Below are positions 10,266-20,258 of a stretch of DNA of 44,857 nt, piece after piece. The stretch's first letter is position 1. Each line of letters begins with the position of its first letter. The translations under genes and the position numbers were made by a program. The stretch covers positions 1-44,857 of the forward strand of contig CANHZX010000003.1 in assembly GCA_947465215.1 (NCBI GenBank), read 5' to 3'. The notes below the pieces were generated by a model that worked only from the letters and a program-made list of their open reading frames with translations, ran no database searches and was not told the origin of the DNA. Source of the stretch: Betaproteobacteria bacterium. GTDB lineage: Bacteria; Pseudomonadota; Gammaproteobacteria; Burkholderiales; SG8-41.

Positions 10266-11576
10266 ATGAAACCGATCAATGTAGGCCTGCTCGGTATCGG
10301 TACCGTCGGCAGCGGCACGTTCAAGGTGCTTCAGCGCAACAGCGAGGAAATTTCGCGCCGGGCCGGATGTGCGATCCGCATGACAGTTGTTGCGGACAAG
10401 GATACAGCCCGCGCCAAATCCATCGTCGGCGACACGGCGCGCGTCACGGCCGATGCCAATGAGGTAGTGAGCAGCCCGGATGTCGATATCGTTGTCGAGC
10501 TGATTGGCGGCTACGGCATTGCCAAGGAACTGATCCTCAAGGCCATCGCCAACGGCAAACACGTCGTGACAGCGAACAAGGCTTTGCTCGCACTTCATGG
10601 CAACGAGATTTTTTCGGCGGCGCGGGCTAAGGGCGTGATGGTGGCTTTTGAGGCGGCTGTCGGCGGCGGCATTCCGATCATCAAATCGCTGCGCGAAGGT
10701 CTGACGGCCAACCGCATTGAATGGATCGCCGGCATCATCAATGGCACCAGCAATTTCATCCTGTCGGAAATGCGTTCCAAGGGCGCAGCTTTTGCCGATG
10801 TGCTGAAGGAAGCGCAGCGCATGGGCTATGCCGAGGCGGATCCGACTTTCGACATCGAGGGCGTGGACGCGGCACACAAGCTGTCGATCATGGCTGCCAT
10901 CGGTTTCGGCATTCCGGTTCAGTTTGAAAAAGCCCATGTTGAGGGAATTTCAAAACTGACGCAGGAAGACATCCGTTACGCCGAGGAACTCGGTTACCGC
11001 ATCAAGCTGCTGGGCATTGCCAAGCGCAAAGCATCGGGCTTCGAACTGCGGGTGCATCCGACGCTGATTCCTTCGCACCAACTCATCGCCAATGTCGAAG
11101 GTGTCATGAACGCCATCCTGGTCAAAGGCGATGCGGTGGGGCAGACCATGTATTACGGCGCCGGTGCCGGTTCTGAGCCGACGGCTTCTGCCGTGGTGGC
11201 GGATCTGGTGGACGTGGCGCGCATGCTGACAGCTGATCCTGAAAACCGTGTGCCGCATCTGGCCTTTCAGCACGACCAGCTGTCGGCGGTGCCGATCCTG
11301 CCGATGGGGGAGGTCGAAACCTCTTATTACCTGCGGCTGCGTGTAGCCGACAAGGCTGGCGTGCTGGCGGACATCACCCGCATCCTGGCTGACCAGTCGA
11401 TTTCGATCGAGGCGCTGGTGCAGAAAGAGCCCCGTGCAGGCGAACAGCAGGTCGATATCATCATGCTGACCCATCTGACGCAGGAAAAGAAAATCGATGT
11501 CGCGATCCAGCGCATTGAGGCCCTGCCGGTGGTGTCCGGCAAGATCACCCGTATCCGCATGGAAGCGCTGCAATGA
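10266..11576 (+). CDS. hom: Homoserine dehydrogenase with C-terminal ACT domain
   Basis: GIGTVGSG, VVTANKA, EAAVGGGIP, GYAEADPTFD, DKAGVLA. Confidence 0.97.
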   Translation: MKPINVGLLGIGTVGSGTFKVLQRNSEEISRRAGCAIRMTVVADKDTARAKSIVGDTARVTADANEVVSSPDVDIVVELIGGYGIAKELILKAIANGKHVVTANKALLALHGNEIFSAARAKGVMVAFEAAVGGGIPIIKSLREGLTANRIEWIAGIINGTSNFILSEMRSKGAAFADVLKEAQRMGYAEADPTFDIEGVDAAHKLSIMAAIGFGIPVQFEKAHVEGISKLTQEDIRYAEELGYRIKLLGIAKRKASGFELRVHPTLIPSHQLIANVEGVMNAILVKGDAVGQTMYYGAGAGSEPTASAVVADLVDVARMLTADPENRVPHLAFQHDQLSAVPILPMGEVETSYYLRLRVADKAGVLADITRILADQSISIEALVQKEPRAGEQQVDIIMLTHLTQEKKIDVAIQRIEALPVVSGKITRIRMEALQ

Positions 11577-13024
11577 GCGTTCCTGCTTCACGACTGGCAA
11601 CGGCCTCGCCGGCGCGTTACGTCAGCACGCGCGGCCGCATGCCGGTGGCGCGTTTCTGTGACGTGCTACTCGGTGGTTTGGCGCCCGACGGCGGTTTGGT
11701 CGTGCCGCAGGCCTATCCGCGACTGACTGCTGAAGAACTGGCGGTGATGCGCAAGCTGTCGTATCCGGATCTGGCTTTTGCCGTGATCAGCCGTTTTGTC
11801 GACGATATTCCCGAAGCTGATCTGCGCTCGCTGGTGCACCGCGCCTACCGCAGCGAAGTTTTCGGATCGCCGGATATTACACCGCTGAAAACGCTGGAGC
11901 CCGGCCTGCATCTGCTGCAGTTGTCCAATGGACCGACGCTGGCCTTCAAGGACGTCGCCATGCAGTTGCTCGGCGAAATGTTCGAATACGTGCTGCAGCG
12001 GGAAGGGCGTACGCTGAACATCCTTGGTGCGACTTCCGGCGATACCGGTTCTGCGGCGGAATATGCGATGCGCGGCCGCAAGGGCATCCGCGTGTTCATG
12101 CTGTCGCCGCACGGCAAGATGAGCCCGTTCCAGCGTGCGCAAATGTATTCGCTGCAGGACGCGAACATTTTCAACATCGCCATCCGCGGCGTGTTCGATG
12201 ACTGCCAGGACATCGTCAAGGCGGTCAGCGGTGATGCCGCGTTCAAGAATGCGCACCGCATCGGCGCGGTCAATTCGATCAACTGGGCACGGGTAATTGC
12301 CCAGGTGGTGTATTACTTCAAGGGTTATTTTGCCGCGACCCGCGGCAACGATGAGCAGGTTTCGTTTTCCGTGCCATCCGGCAATTTCGGCAACATCTTC
12401 GCCGGCCATATCGCGCGCATGATGGGCCTGCCGATTCGCAATCTGATTCTCGCGTCGAACGAGAACGATGTTCTCGACGAGTTTTTCCGTAGTGGCCGTT
12501 ACCGCGTGCGTTCGAGTCGCGAGACGCTGCAGACCTCCAGTCCGTCGATGGACATTTCCAAGGCTTCGAACTTCGAGCGCTTTGTTTTTGATCTGGTCGG
12601 ACGCGATCCGGCGATGGTCGCCCGGTTGTGGCGAGAAGTGGAAGACGCCGGCGGATTTAATCTCGGTGAAGCGCCATGCTGGCGTAATGTCGAGCAGTAT
12701 GGCGTTGTCTCCGGTCGCAGTTCGCATGCGGCTCGTCTTTCGGCCATTCGCAAGATCAGCAGCCAGTACGGCGTGATCATCGATCCGCATACCGCCGACG
12801 GTATCAATGTCGGATTGCAGCATCGCGAATCCGGCGTGCCGCTGATCTGCATGGAAACGGCCTTGCCGGCCAAATTCGCTGAAACCATCCGCGAAGCTCT
12901 GGGGCGTGATCCGGAAGTGCCGGCCGGTTATGAAGGGCTGGAGAGCCGTCTGCAGCGCGTCGCCATCATGGATCCCGACGTCGAGGCGGTGAAGACCTAC
13001 ATCGCTGGTCGCACCGGCTCATAA
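11573..13024 (+). CDS. thrC: Threonine synthase
   Basis: YVSTRG, GLAPDGGL, GPTLAFKD, ATSGDTG, VNSINWAR, PSGNFG. Confidence 0.97.
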   Translation: MSVPASRLATASPARYVSTRGRMPVARFCDVLLGGLAPDGGLVVPQAYPRLTAEELAVMRKLSYPDLAFAVISRFVDDIPEADLRSLVHRAYRSEVFGSPDITPLKTLEPGLHLLQLSNGPTLAFKDVAMQLLGEMFEYVLQREGRTLNILGATSGDTGSAAEYAMRGRKGIRVFMLSPHGKMSPFQRAQMYSLQDANIFNIAIRGVFDDCQDIVKAVSGDAAFKNAHRIGAVNSINWARVIAQVVYYFKGYFAATRGNDEQVSFSVPSGNFGNIFAGHIARMMGLPIRNLILASNENDVLDEFFRSGRYRVRSSRETLQTSSPSMDISKASNFERFVFDLVGRDPAMVARLWREVEDAGGFNLGEAPCWRNVEQYGVVSGRSSHAARLSAIRKISSQYGVIIDPHTADGINVGLQHRESGVPLICMETALPAKFAETIREALGRDPEVPAGYEGLESRLQRVAIMDPDVEAVKTYIAGRTGS

Positions 13025-13048
13025 AAAGTATTTAAAAACAAATACTTA
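13022..13048. promoter_or_regulatory. AT-rich IHF-like element at the convergent thrC/nadC junction
   Basis: TAAAAACAAATACTTA (13033-13048); reverse complement TAAGTATTTGTTTTTA is 15/16 identical to the 4508 copy. Confidence 0.55.
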
Positions 13049-13065
13049 AAATGTCCTGATAAAAA

Positions 13066-13902
13066 TCAGGGCGTTGCGGCAAACCGCATCGACAGATCGA
13101 CCGCACGGATATCCTTGGTCAGGGCACCGATTGATATCCGGTCAACGCCAGTTTCAGCGATCGCGCGTACGTTCTCCAGCGTGATGCCGCCAGAAGCTTC
13201 AAGTTTCGCCCGTCCTGCGGTCCATTGAACCGCTTCGCGCATCTGATCCAGTGACATGTTGTCGAGCAGCACCATCTTTACGCCGGCGCCAACGGCCTCG
13301 CGCAACTGCTCCAGCGTTTCCACTTCAATCTGTATCCACTGCGCTTTGGAGACAAGTTTTGCCGCTGCGGCCAGCGCAGGCTGGATGCCGCCGGCTGCGG
13401 CGATATGGTTTTCCTTGATCAGGATGGCATCCCACAGTCCCATGCGGTGGTTCATGCCACCGCCTACGGGCACCGCATGTTTCTGCGCCAAGCGCAGGCC
13501 GGGCAGCGTCTTGCGGGTGTCGAGAATCGCCGCGCGAGTGCCGGCAACAGCGTCAACATAGCTTTTAGTTATGGTGGCAACTGCGGACAGCAGCTGCAGG
13601 AAATTCAATGCGCTACGTTCTGCCGTCAACAGCGCACGCGAGGAACCAGAAAGCTCGCAAAGACGTGTGTCGGGGGAAATCCGGTCGCCGTCTTTCAAAT
13701 GCCAATTAACACGTGCAGCAGGATCAAGGCGGCGGACGCAAGCGTCAAACCACTGTGTGCCGCAAAGCACTGCCTGCTGGCGGCAGACGACATGTGCTTG
13801 AGTCTGGCGGTCTGGTGTGAGTTGCGCAGTCAGGTCGCCGCTACCGACGTCTTCGGAGAGGGCGGCGCTGATATTGCGTTCAATTTCAGTTTGGAGATCC
13901 AT
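13066..13902 (-). CDS. nadC: Nicotinate-nucleotide pyrophosphorylase (carboxylating)
   Basis: ALSEDVGSGDLT, DTRKTLPGLR, LIKENHI, LLDNM, EASGGI; start at MDLQTEI. Confidence 0.96.
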   Translation of the reverse strand: MDLQTEIERNISAALSEDVGSGDLTAQLTPDRQTQAHVVCRQQAVLCGTQWFDACVRRLDPAARVNWHLKDGDRISPDTRLCELSGSSRALLTAERSALNFLQLLSAVATITKSYVDAVAGTRAAILDTRKTLPGLRLAQKHAVPVGGGMNHRMGLWDAILIKENHIAAAGGIQPALAAAAKLVSKAQWIQIEVETLEQLREAVGAGVKMVLLDNMSLDQMREAVQWTAGRAKLEASGGITLENVRAIAETGVDRISIGALTKDIRAVDLSMRFAATP

Positions 13903-14052
13903 GCTGGGGCTGTCGGTGGCGGTCGGGCCGCGCTTTATGTTTGGATGGCAGTCCGGTGATGCCGGGTTTGTTGTTGCAGCGATGCATTTGGCCGGCACGA
14001 CAAACTGCTATAGTTCACCGACAATTTTAACCGACTGTCCGGGAGAGTGCGT

Positions 14053-15579
14053 ATGAACGACGTGGTCAGCGTAGTGTCTTACGGCTTGGGAACAGTACTC
14101 GGTTTTCTGCTGATTGGCGGACTGATCTTTCTGATCATTCACGACGTCACCCAGAAAAAACACACCGTCCTGCGAAATTTTCCGGTAGTCGGCAGGTTGC
14201 GTTTCTTTTTCGAAGACCTCGGCGAATATTTCCGCCAGTATTTCTTTGCCAACGACCGCGAGGAAATGCCGTTCAATCGCGCGACCCGCGGCTGGGTCTA
14301 TAAAAGCGCAAAAAACGAAGGCGGCATCATCGGATTTGGTTCGACCAATGACCTGAGCCTGCCGGGCTCGATCATTTTCGTTAATCATCCCTATCCGGTA
14401 CTGGAAGAAGATAAGTTGCCGACCCCTTCGATACTGATCGGCGACGGGTATTGCGATCAGCCCTTCGAAGCCAAATCCATTGTCAATATCAGCGGAATGA
14501 GCTTCGGCGCGATATCGCAGCCTGCTGTTGAGGCGCTGTCACGTGGTGCGGCCAAGGCCGGCTGCTGGATGGATACCGGCGAGGGCGGCCTGTCTCCTTA
14601 CCACCAGACGGGCGGTTGCGATGTGATCATGCAGATCGGTACCGCCAAATACGGCATTCGTGAAGTCGACGGCAGTTTCTCGGCAAAAAAAGCCAAGGAG
14701 CTGGCGAAGCATGTCAAAGCTTTCGAGATCAAACTATCGCAGGGTGCGAAACCCGGCAAGGGTGGTGTGTTGCCTGGAGAAAAGGTCACCGAAGAAATCG
14801 CGCGCATACGCGGTATACCGGCTGGGATGGATTCGATCAGCCCGAACCGCCATTACGATATTGCCAACGTTGAGGATCTGCTCGACAAGATCGCCTACAT
14901 CCGCAATCTGACCGGCCGGCCGGTTGGCGTAAAAACTGCTGTTGGCGGCTGGGCTTTCATGAATGATCTGTGCGACGGCATTCTGCGCCGCGGCCCGGAA
15001 TTCGCGCCCGACTTCATTGCCATTGACGGTGGTGAGGGTGGCAGCGGTGCGGCACCGCAGACGCTGATGGATCACATGTCACTGCCGATTGCTGAAGCGC
15101 TGCCGCGTGTGGTGGATGCGCTAATCCAGTCGGATCTGCGCGGCCGGGTGAGGGTAATTGCGGCGGGGAAACTGGTGACTTCAGCGAAGGCGGCATGGGC
15201 CTTGTGCATGGGCGCGGATTTCATCAATTCCGCACGCGGCTTCATGTTTGCACTGGGCTGCATCCAGGCGCTGCGCTGTCACCAGAATACCTGTCCGACC
15301 GGTGTGACTACGCACAACAAACGCCTACAACGCGGTCTGGTCGTCGAAGAAAAATTTTTGCGTGTTGCCAACTACTGCAACAGCATGAACAAGGAAATCG
15401 ACATGATTGCCCATGCCTGCGGCTGCCGGCATGCCCGCGAACTCAAGCGCGAGCATGTGCGCATCGTGCAGACCGCGAACCAGAGCATTGCCTTGAACAT
15501 GCTCTATCCCTATCCGGAGGTTGGGTACCGGCGCAGCGGGCCTGTTGACCGTCAGGCGCCCGGTTCGGTTGCGTTGTAG
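14053..15579 (+). CDS. FMN-binding glutamate synthase family protein (YerD-like) with N-terminal TM helix
   Basis: SGMSFGA, TGEGG, EIKLSQGAKPG, DGGEGGSGAAP, CIQALRCHQNTCPTGV ([3Fe-4S] motif); GGAG RBS. Confidence 0.9.
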   Translation: MNDVVSVVSYGLGTVLGFLLIGGLIFLIIHDVTQKKHTVLRNFPVVGRLRFFFEDLGEYFRQYFFANDREEMPFNRATRGWVYKSAKNEGGIIGFGSTNDLSLPGSIIFVNHPYPVLEEDKLPTPSILIGDGYCDQPFEAKSIVNISGMSFGAISQPAVEALSRGAAKAGCWMDTGEGGLSPYHQTGGCDVIMQIGTAKYGIREVDGSFSAKKAKELAKHVKAFEIKLSQGAKPGKGGVLPGEKVTEEIARIRGIPAGMDSISPNRHYDIANVEDLLDKIAYIRNLTGRPVGVKTAVGGWAFMNDLCDGILRRGPEFAPDFIAIDGGEGGSGAAPQTLMDHMSLPIAEALPRVVDALIQSDLRGRVRVIAAGKLVTSAKAAWALCMGADFINSARGFMFALGCIQALRCHQNTCPTGVTTHNKRLQRGLVVEEKFLRVANYCNSMNKEIDMIAHACGCRHARELKREHVRIVQTANQSIALNMLYPYPEVGYRRSGPVDRQAPGSVAL

Positions 15580-15595
15580 CTGGCGGAATTAAATA

Positions 15596-15618
15596 TAAGT
15601 AATTGTTTTTATTGATTA
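15596..15618. promoter_or_regulatory. AT-rich IHF-like element upstream of the clpB promoter
   Basis: TAAGTAATTGTTTTTATTGATTA; near-identical to the 4508 copy. Confidence 0.55.
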
Positions 15619-15653
15619 ATTATTTGTATTTTGCAGTAACCCTGCATGTAGCA

Positions 15654-15681
15654 TTGAAATCCGCCGGCGGGCGCCCCATCT
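15654..15681 (+). promoter_or_regulatory. sigma32 (RpoH) heat-shock promoter of clpB
   Basis: TTGAAA (15654-15659), 14 nt, CCCCATCT (15674-15681); matches the RpoH consensus upstream of a heat-shock gene. Confidence 0.8.
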
Positions 15682-15714
15682 GTTGTGTATCGCAACTTTT
15701 AGCACGGGGCAGCC

Positions 15715-18315
15715 ATGCGCTTCGACAAATTCACCACCAAGTTCCAGCAGGCCTTCGCTGACGCACAAAGCGCGGCGGTTGGCGGCGACCATGCCTATAT
15801 TGAACCCCAGCACCTGTTGCTGGCGCTGATCAATCAGGACGATGGCGGCACAGCGTCGCTGCTGCAGCGTGCCGGCGTCAATGTTGCCGGGCTGCGTGGC
15901 GCGCTGAAGAGCGCACTGGAACGTCTGCCCAAGGTCGAAGGCACCGGCGGGGAAGTTACGATCTCGCGTGATCTGGGCAATCTGCTCAATCTCACCGACA
16001 AGGAAGCGCAGAAGCGCGGGGATCAGTATGTCGCCTCCGAACTGTTTCTGCTGGCGCTGACCCAGGACAAGGGTGAGACCGGTCGTCTGCTCAAGCAGTT
16101 CGGCGGTGACCGTTCGCCTATCGAAAAAGCGGTGGAAGGACTGCGCGGTGGCGAAACCGTCGGCAGCGCAGATGCAGAAGGCAGTCGCGAAGCACTGAAA
16201 AAATACACCATGGATCTGACCGAGCGAGCGCGCGCGGGCAAGCTCGATCCGGTGATCGGCCGCGATGATGAAATCCGCCGCGTGATCCAGATCCTGCAGC
16301 GCCGTACCAAGAACAATCCGGTGCTGATCGGCGAACCCGGCGTCGGCAAGACCGCCATTGTCGAAGGCCTGGCCCAGCGCATCATCAACGGCGAAGTGCC
16401 GGAGACGCTGAAGAACAAACGGGTGCTGTCTCTGGACATGGCGGCACTGCTCGCCGGCGCCAAATACCGGGGTGAGTTTGAAGAGCGTCTGAAATCAGTT
16501 CTCAAGGAAATCTCCCAGGATGCCGGCCAGACCATCGTCTTCATCGACGAGTTGCACACCATGGTCGGTGCGGGCAAAGCCGAAGGCGCAATGGATGCGG
16601 GCAATATGCTGAAGCCGGCGCTGGCGCGTGGAGAGTTGCACTGCGTCGGCGCGACAACGCTCGACGAATACCGCAAATACATCGAAAAGGATGCAGCTCT
16701 GGAGCGCCGTTTCCAGAAGGTGCTGGTCGACGAACCGTCAGTAGAGTCTACGATCGCCATCCTGCGCGGCCTGCAGGAAAAATATGAATTGCATCACGGC
16801 GTGGAGATCACCGATCCGGCGATTGTGGCGGCCGCAGAACTGTCGCATCGCTATATCACCGATCGTTTCCTGCCGGACAAGGCCATCGACCTGATCGACG
16901 AAGCGGCATCACGCATCAAGATGGAAATCGACTCCAAACCGGAATCGATGGACAAACTCGATCGTCGTCTGATCCAGCTCAAGATCGAGCGTGAAGCGAT
17001 CAAGAAGGAAAAGGACGAAGCTTCCAAGAAGCGTCTGGCGCTGCTGGAAGACGAGATCAAATCGCTTTCGCGTGAATATGCCGACCTCGAAGAAATTTGG
17101 AAGGCTGAGAAGGCGCAGGTGCAGGGCAGTGCGCATATCAAGGAGGAAATCGACCGCATCCGCGTCGAGATCGTCAAATTGCAGCGCGCCGGTAAGCTCG
17201 ATAAGGTTGCTGAACTGCAATACGGTAAATTACCGCAGCTCGAGGCCCAGCTGAAGCATGCTGAGACGGCAAACGCTGCTCCAACCAAACACCGTTTGCT
17301 GCGCACTCATGTCGGCACTGAAGAAATTGCTGAGGTGGTGTCGCGGGCAACCGGTATCCCGGTTTCGAAAATGATGCAGGGCGAACGCGAAAAGCTGCTG
17401 AAAATGGAAGAGCGGCTGCATGGGCGTGTGGTTGGCCAAGACGAAGCCGTGCGCTTGGTATCCGATGCGATCCGCCGTTCACGAGCAGGTCTGGGCGACC
17501 CAAAGCGGCCATACGGCTCTTTCCTGTTCCTCGGGCCGACGGGTGTCGGCAAGACGGAGCTGTGCAAGGCCTTGGCCGAGTTCATGTTCGATTCCGAGGA
17601 TCACCTGATCCGCATCGACATGTCGGAATTCATGGAAAAACACTCGGTTGCACGCCTGATCGGCGCGCCGCCCGGATACGTTGGCTACGAAGAGGGCGGT
17701 TACCTGACGGAGGCCGTGCGTCGCAAGCCGTACTCGGTGATTCTGCTCGATGAGGTCGAGAAGGCGCATCCGGATGTATTCAATGTACTGCTGCAGGTGC
17801 TCGATGACGGTCGCATGACCGACGGGCAGGGCCGCACCGTTGATTTCAAGAACACCGTGATTGTGATGACGTCCAACCTCGGCTCCCAGATGATCCAGGC
17901 GATGCAAGGGGACGACTATCAGGTCATCAAGCTGGCAGTGCTGGGAGAGGTGAAGACGCAGTTCCGTCCGGAATTCATCAACCGTATCGATGAGATTGTG
18001 GTGTTCCATGCACTCGACGAGAAAAACATCAAGTCGATTGCACGCATCCAGTTGGCCTATCTGGAAAAACGTCTGGCTCAGATGGAAATAAAGCTGGAGG
18101 TTAGTGATGCAGCGCTGGGTGAAATCGCTGCGGCCGGATTCGATCCGATCTACGGCGCACGGCCACTGAAACGAGCGATCCAGTCGCAACTGGAAAACCC
18201 GCTGGCGAAGCAGATCCTGGAGGGGCGCTTCGGTCCGAAGGATGGCATCCGCGTTGATGCCAAAAAAGGTGTGATGACCTTCGAAAAGTTGCAGGCTGCA
18301 ACTGTGGCCGCTTGA
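15715..18315 (+). CDS. clpB: ATP-dependent chaperone ClpB
   Basis: 866 aa; two AAA modules ([16 protein letters not shown]), coiled-coil middle domain, GARPLKR. Confidence 0.98.
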   Translation: MRFDKFTTKFQQAFADAQSAAVGGDHAYIEPQHLLLALINQDDGGTASLLQRAGVNVAGLRGALKSALERLPKVEGTGGEVTISRDLGNLLNLTDKEAQKRGDQYVASELFLLALTQDKGETGRLLKQFGGDRSPIEKAVEGLRGGETVGSADAEGSREALKKYTMDLTERARAGKLDPVIGRDDEIRRVIQILQRRTKNNPVLIGEPGVGKTAIVEGLAQRIINGEVPETLKNKRVLSLDMAALLAGAKYRGEFEERLKSVLKEISQDAGQTIVFIDELHTMVGAGKAEGAMDAGNMLKPALARGELHCVGATTLDEYRKYIEKDAALERRFQKVLVDEPSVESTIAILRGLQEKYELHHGVEITDPAIVAAAELSHRYITDRFLPDKAIDLIDEAASRIKMEIDSKPESMDKLDRRLIQLKIEREAIKKEKDEASKKRLALLEDEIKSLSREYADLEEIWKAEKAQVQGSAHIKEEIDRIRVEIVKLQRAGKLDKVAELQYGKLPQLEAQLKHAETANAAPTKHRLLRTHVGTEEIAEVVSRATGIPVSKMMQGEREKLLKMEERLHGRVVGQDEAVRLVSDAIRRSRAGLGDPKRPYGSFLFLGPTGVGKTELCKALAEFMFDSEDHLIRIDMSEFMEKHSVARLIGAPPGYVGYEEGGYLTEAVRRKPYSVILLDEVEKAHPDVFNVLLQVLDDGRMTDGQGRTVDFKNTVIVMTSNLGSQMIQAMQGDDYQVIKLAVLGEVKTQFRPEFINRIDEIVVFHALDEKNIKSIARIQLAYLEKRLAQMEIKLEVSDAALGEIAAAGFDPIYGARPLKRAIQSQLENPLAKQILEGRFGPKDGIRVDAKKGVMTFEKLQAATVAA

Positions 18316-18358
18316 GCAGTTTCGCAGCACTTTGCGTTAACTGCTTGTTTTTGGCCGA

Positions 18359-18373
18359 TGGCATAAAGCATGC
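18359..18373 (+). promoter_or_regulatory. Putative sigma54 -24/-12 promoter with an upstream IHF-like site (18338-18352)
   Basis: TGGCAT-AAAGC-ATGC gives GG(18360-61)-N10-GC(18372-73); TAACTGCTTGTTTTT lies just upstream. Confidence 0.5.
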
Positions 18374-18384
18374 CACGCTTTGAC

Positions 18385-18644
18385 AAAAAAACATTTGCCA
18401 ATGCATGGTTGCAGGCGTAAAAATGTTTCCAGAGTTACGCAGCACTGGAGTGCCGGTACCGATTCTCCAGCGTGCGAAATTCCGGGCGATCGTCCGGATA
18501 TCGCCTGTCAGGTTGCAGGTGCAAACTGCAACTGGCGCAGCTCCCGAATGGTGTGATGCCATTCACCCAAGGACGTCGCTCTGGCGGCGCCGCGCCGGGT
18601 AACCGGTCGCACCCAAGCCCCGCTTCGGCGGGGCTTTTCATTTT
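18385..18644 (+). ncRNA. Candidate structured non-coding RNA (~255 nt, about 7 hairpins plus terminator); family not recognised
   Basis: Consecutive stems, several with GNRA-type loops, ending in a UUCG-capped terminator; no convincing RBS-led ORF; 5' end inferred from the sigma54-like element. Confidence 0.55.
18615..18644 (+). terminator. Rho-independent terminator
   Basis: AAGCCCCGC-TTCG-GCGGGGCTT-TTCATTTT. Confidence 0.85.
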
Positions 18645-18908
18645 GACCCCTGTTTCTGGAAACCCCACGCGTCGTCAAAGATTTGCCTTCGCTAAGCTGC
18701 TGATTTGGCGTGTATATAAGAGCGAAACCTATCATTTTGGTAGATTTGGATTTCGCCTGGGCATCAATGATTATGTATTTGTTTTTCAAATAATTATGGA
18801 TGCTGACGTGTCCGCAAACAGGGGATGTGCGATGACCGATTACGGCGTTGCGCTTGCGCAGCCATGTTTTCTGCATGACTGCCGCTTCTCTGGCGGCATT
18901 CGCTGATC

Positions 18909-20258
18909 ATGGCCAATGATGAAGAAACACTGTTGCACTGGCTCTCTATAGAGAATGCCAACGACGGTATTTATGTCGTGGATCTGCAAGGCAAGGTGTT
19001 GCATGTCAATCGCGCGTTCTGTGCGATGCTGGGTTATACCCGTGATGAAATGGAGCGCAGCAATGTGCGGGACTGGGATGCGTCTTTTGATCCTGTGCAG
19101 TTGCACAATGAGCTGACCGACCTAACCGATCAGCGCAAGGTGATTCATGCTGCCTACCGCCGCAAGGACGGTTCATTGCAGGATGTCGAAGTGGCCGTTG
19201 CGGTTTCCTACGTGGGTGGCAATGCGGTGGTGCACTGTGCATGCCGTGATGTTTCCGATCATCATCGTGCCAGAGCTGAACTCGCTGAATCCGAGCGGCG
19301 GTTCTCTTCGCTGATGCAGCATTCCAGTGCCGGTGTTTACATCATTCAGGACGGAGCGCTGGTATACGTCAATCCGCGGCTGGCCAGCATGTTCGGTTAT
19401 GCAAAGGAGTCCGACGTTATGGGCCATAAAGTTGAGGACTTCGTAGCACAATCCTGGCGTCAGCAGGTCGTGGAGAACATGAACCGGCGGCTTTCCGGAG
19501 ATTGCCATCGCACACGCTTGGAGTTTGTTGCCATCCGCCGCGACGGCTCCGAATTCGAGGTTTCGGTGGACGGCGCGGTATCGTCTTATCAGGGACGACC
19601 GGCACTGGTCGGGCTGATTGAAGATCAGTCAGACCGTCAGAAAGCCGCTGATGTACTGAAGGCCTATGTATCGAAGCTTGAACTGGCGGTTCTCGGTACG
19701 GTGCAAGTAGCGTCATCCATGGTCGAGATGCGTGATCCCTATACAGCAGGTCATGAGCGCCGCGTCGGCGAGATTGCAGCGGCCATCGGTCGCAAGATGC
19801 ACCTCGAAAGTCATTGCATCGACGGCCTGCGCATCATCGGCCAGGTGCATGACATCGGAAAAATCGGCATACCTGCCGAAATTCTTTCCAAGCCCGGCCG
19901 GCTCTCTCGCAGCGAAATGGATCTGATCCGCGAGCATTCGCAGAAGGGGTATGAAATTCTGAAATCCGTCGAGTACCCCTGGCCGATCGCTGATGCCGTG
20001 CTTCAGCACCATGAACGCATGGACGGTACCGGCTACCCTCAGGGATTGTCAGGCGATCAGATCGGTATCGAGGCCCGAATCATGGCGGTTGCAGATACGA
20101 TCGAGGCGATGTCGGCGCACCGGCCGTATCGCGCCGGCCTCGGCCTGGATGCGGCATTGAACGAAATCGAACGCGGCAACGGCATTCAATACGACACCGT
20201 AACGGCGGAAGCCTGTCTGACGCTGTTCCGCGAAGACCGCTACGAACTGCCGGCCTGA
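18909..20258 (+). CDS. PAS-PAS-HD-GYP cyclic di-nucleotide phosphodiesterase
   Basis: Two PAS/PAC domains (VNRAFCAMLGY...RKDGS; VNPRLASMFGY...RRDGS); RDPYTAGH, HDIGK, HHERMDGTGYP, ADTIEAMSAHRPYR. Confidence 0.92.
   Translation: MANDEETLLHWLSIENANDGIYVVDLQGKVLHVNRAFCAMLGYTRDEMERSNVRDWDASFDPVQLHNELTDLTDQRKVIHAAYRRKDGSLQDVEVAVAVSYVGGNAVVHCACRDVSDHHRARAELAESERRFSSLMQHSSAGVYIIQDGALVYVNPRLASMFGYAKESDVMGHKVEDFVAQSWRQQVVENMNRRLSGDCHRTRLEFVAIRRDGSEFEVSVDGAVSSYQGRPALVGLIEDQSDRQKAADVLKAYVSKLELAVLGTVQVASSMVEMRDPYTAGHERRVGEIAAAIGRKMHLESHCIDGLRIIGQVHDIGKIGIPAEILSKPGRLSRSEMDLIREHSQKGYEILKSVEYPWPIADAVLQHHERMDGTGYPQGLSGDQIGIEARIMAVADTIEAMSAHRPYRAGLGLDAALNEIERGNGIQYDTVTAEACLTLFREDRYELPA

Noticed and set aside
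18518-18546. GGTGCAAAC...GGCGCAGC resemblance to a c-di-GMP-I (GEMM) riboswitch upstream of an HD-GYP gene
   Set aside because: Lacks the GNRA-capped P2 stem in the right register and the tetraloop receptor; the segment folds better as a simple hairpin
18405-18906. ORFs of 65, 77, 122 and 144 aa in the clpB/HD-GYP gap
   Set aside because: No RBS or recognisable domain, and the longer ones cross a strong terminator; a structured RNA explains the region better, although a small peptide cannot be fully excluded
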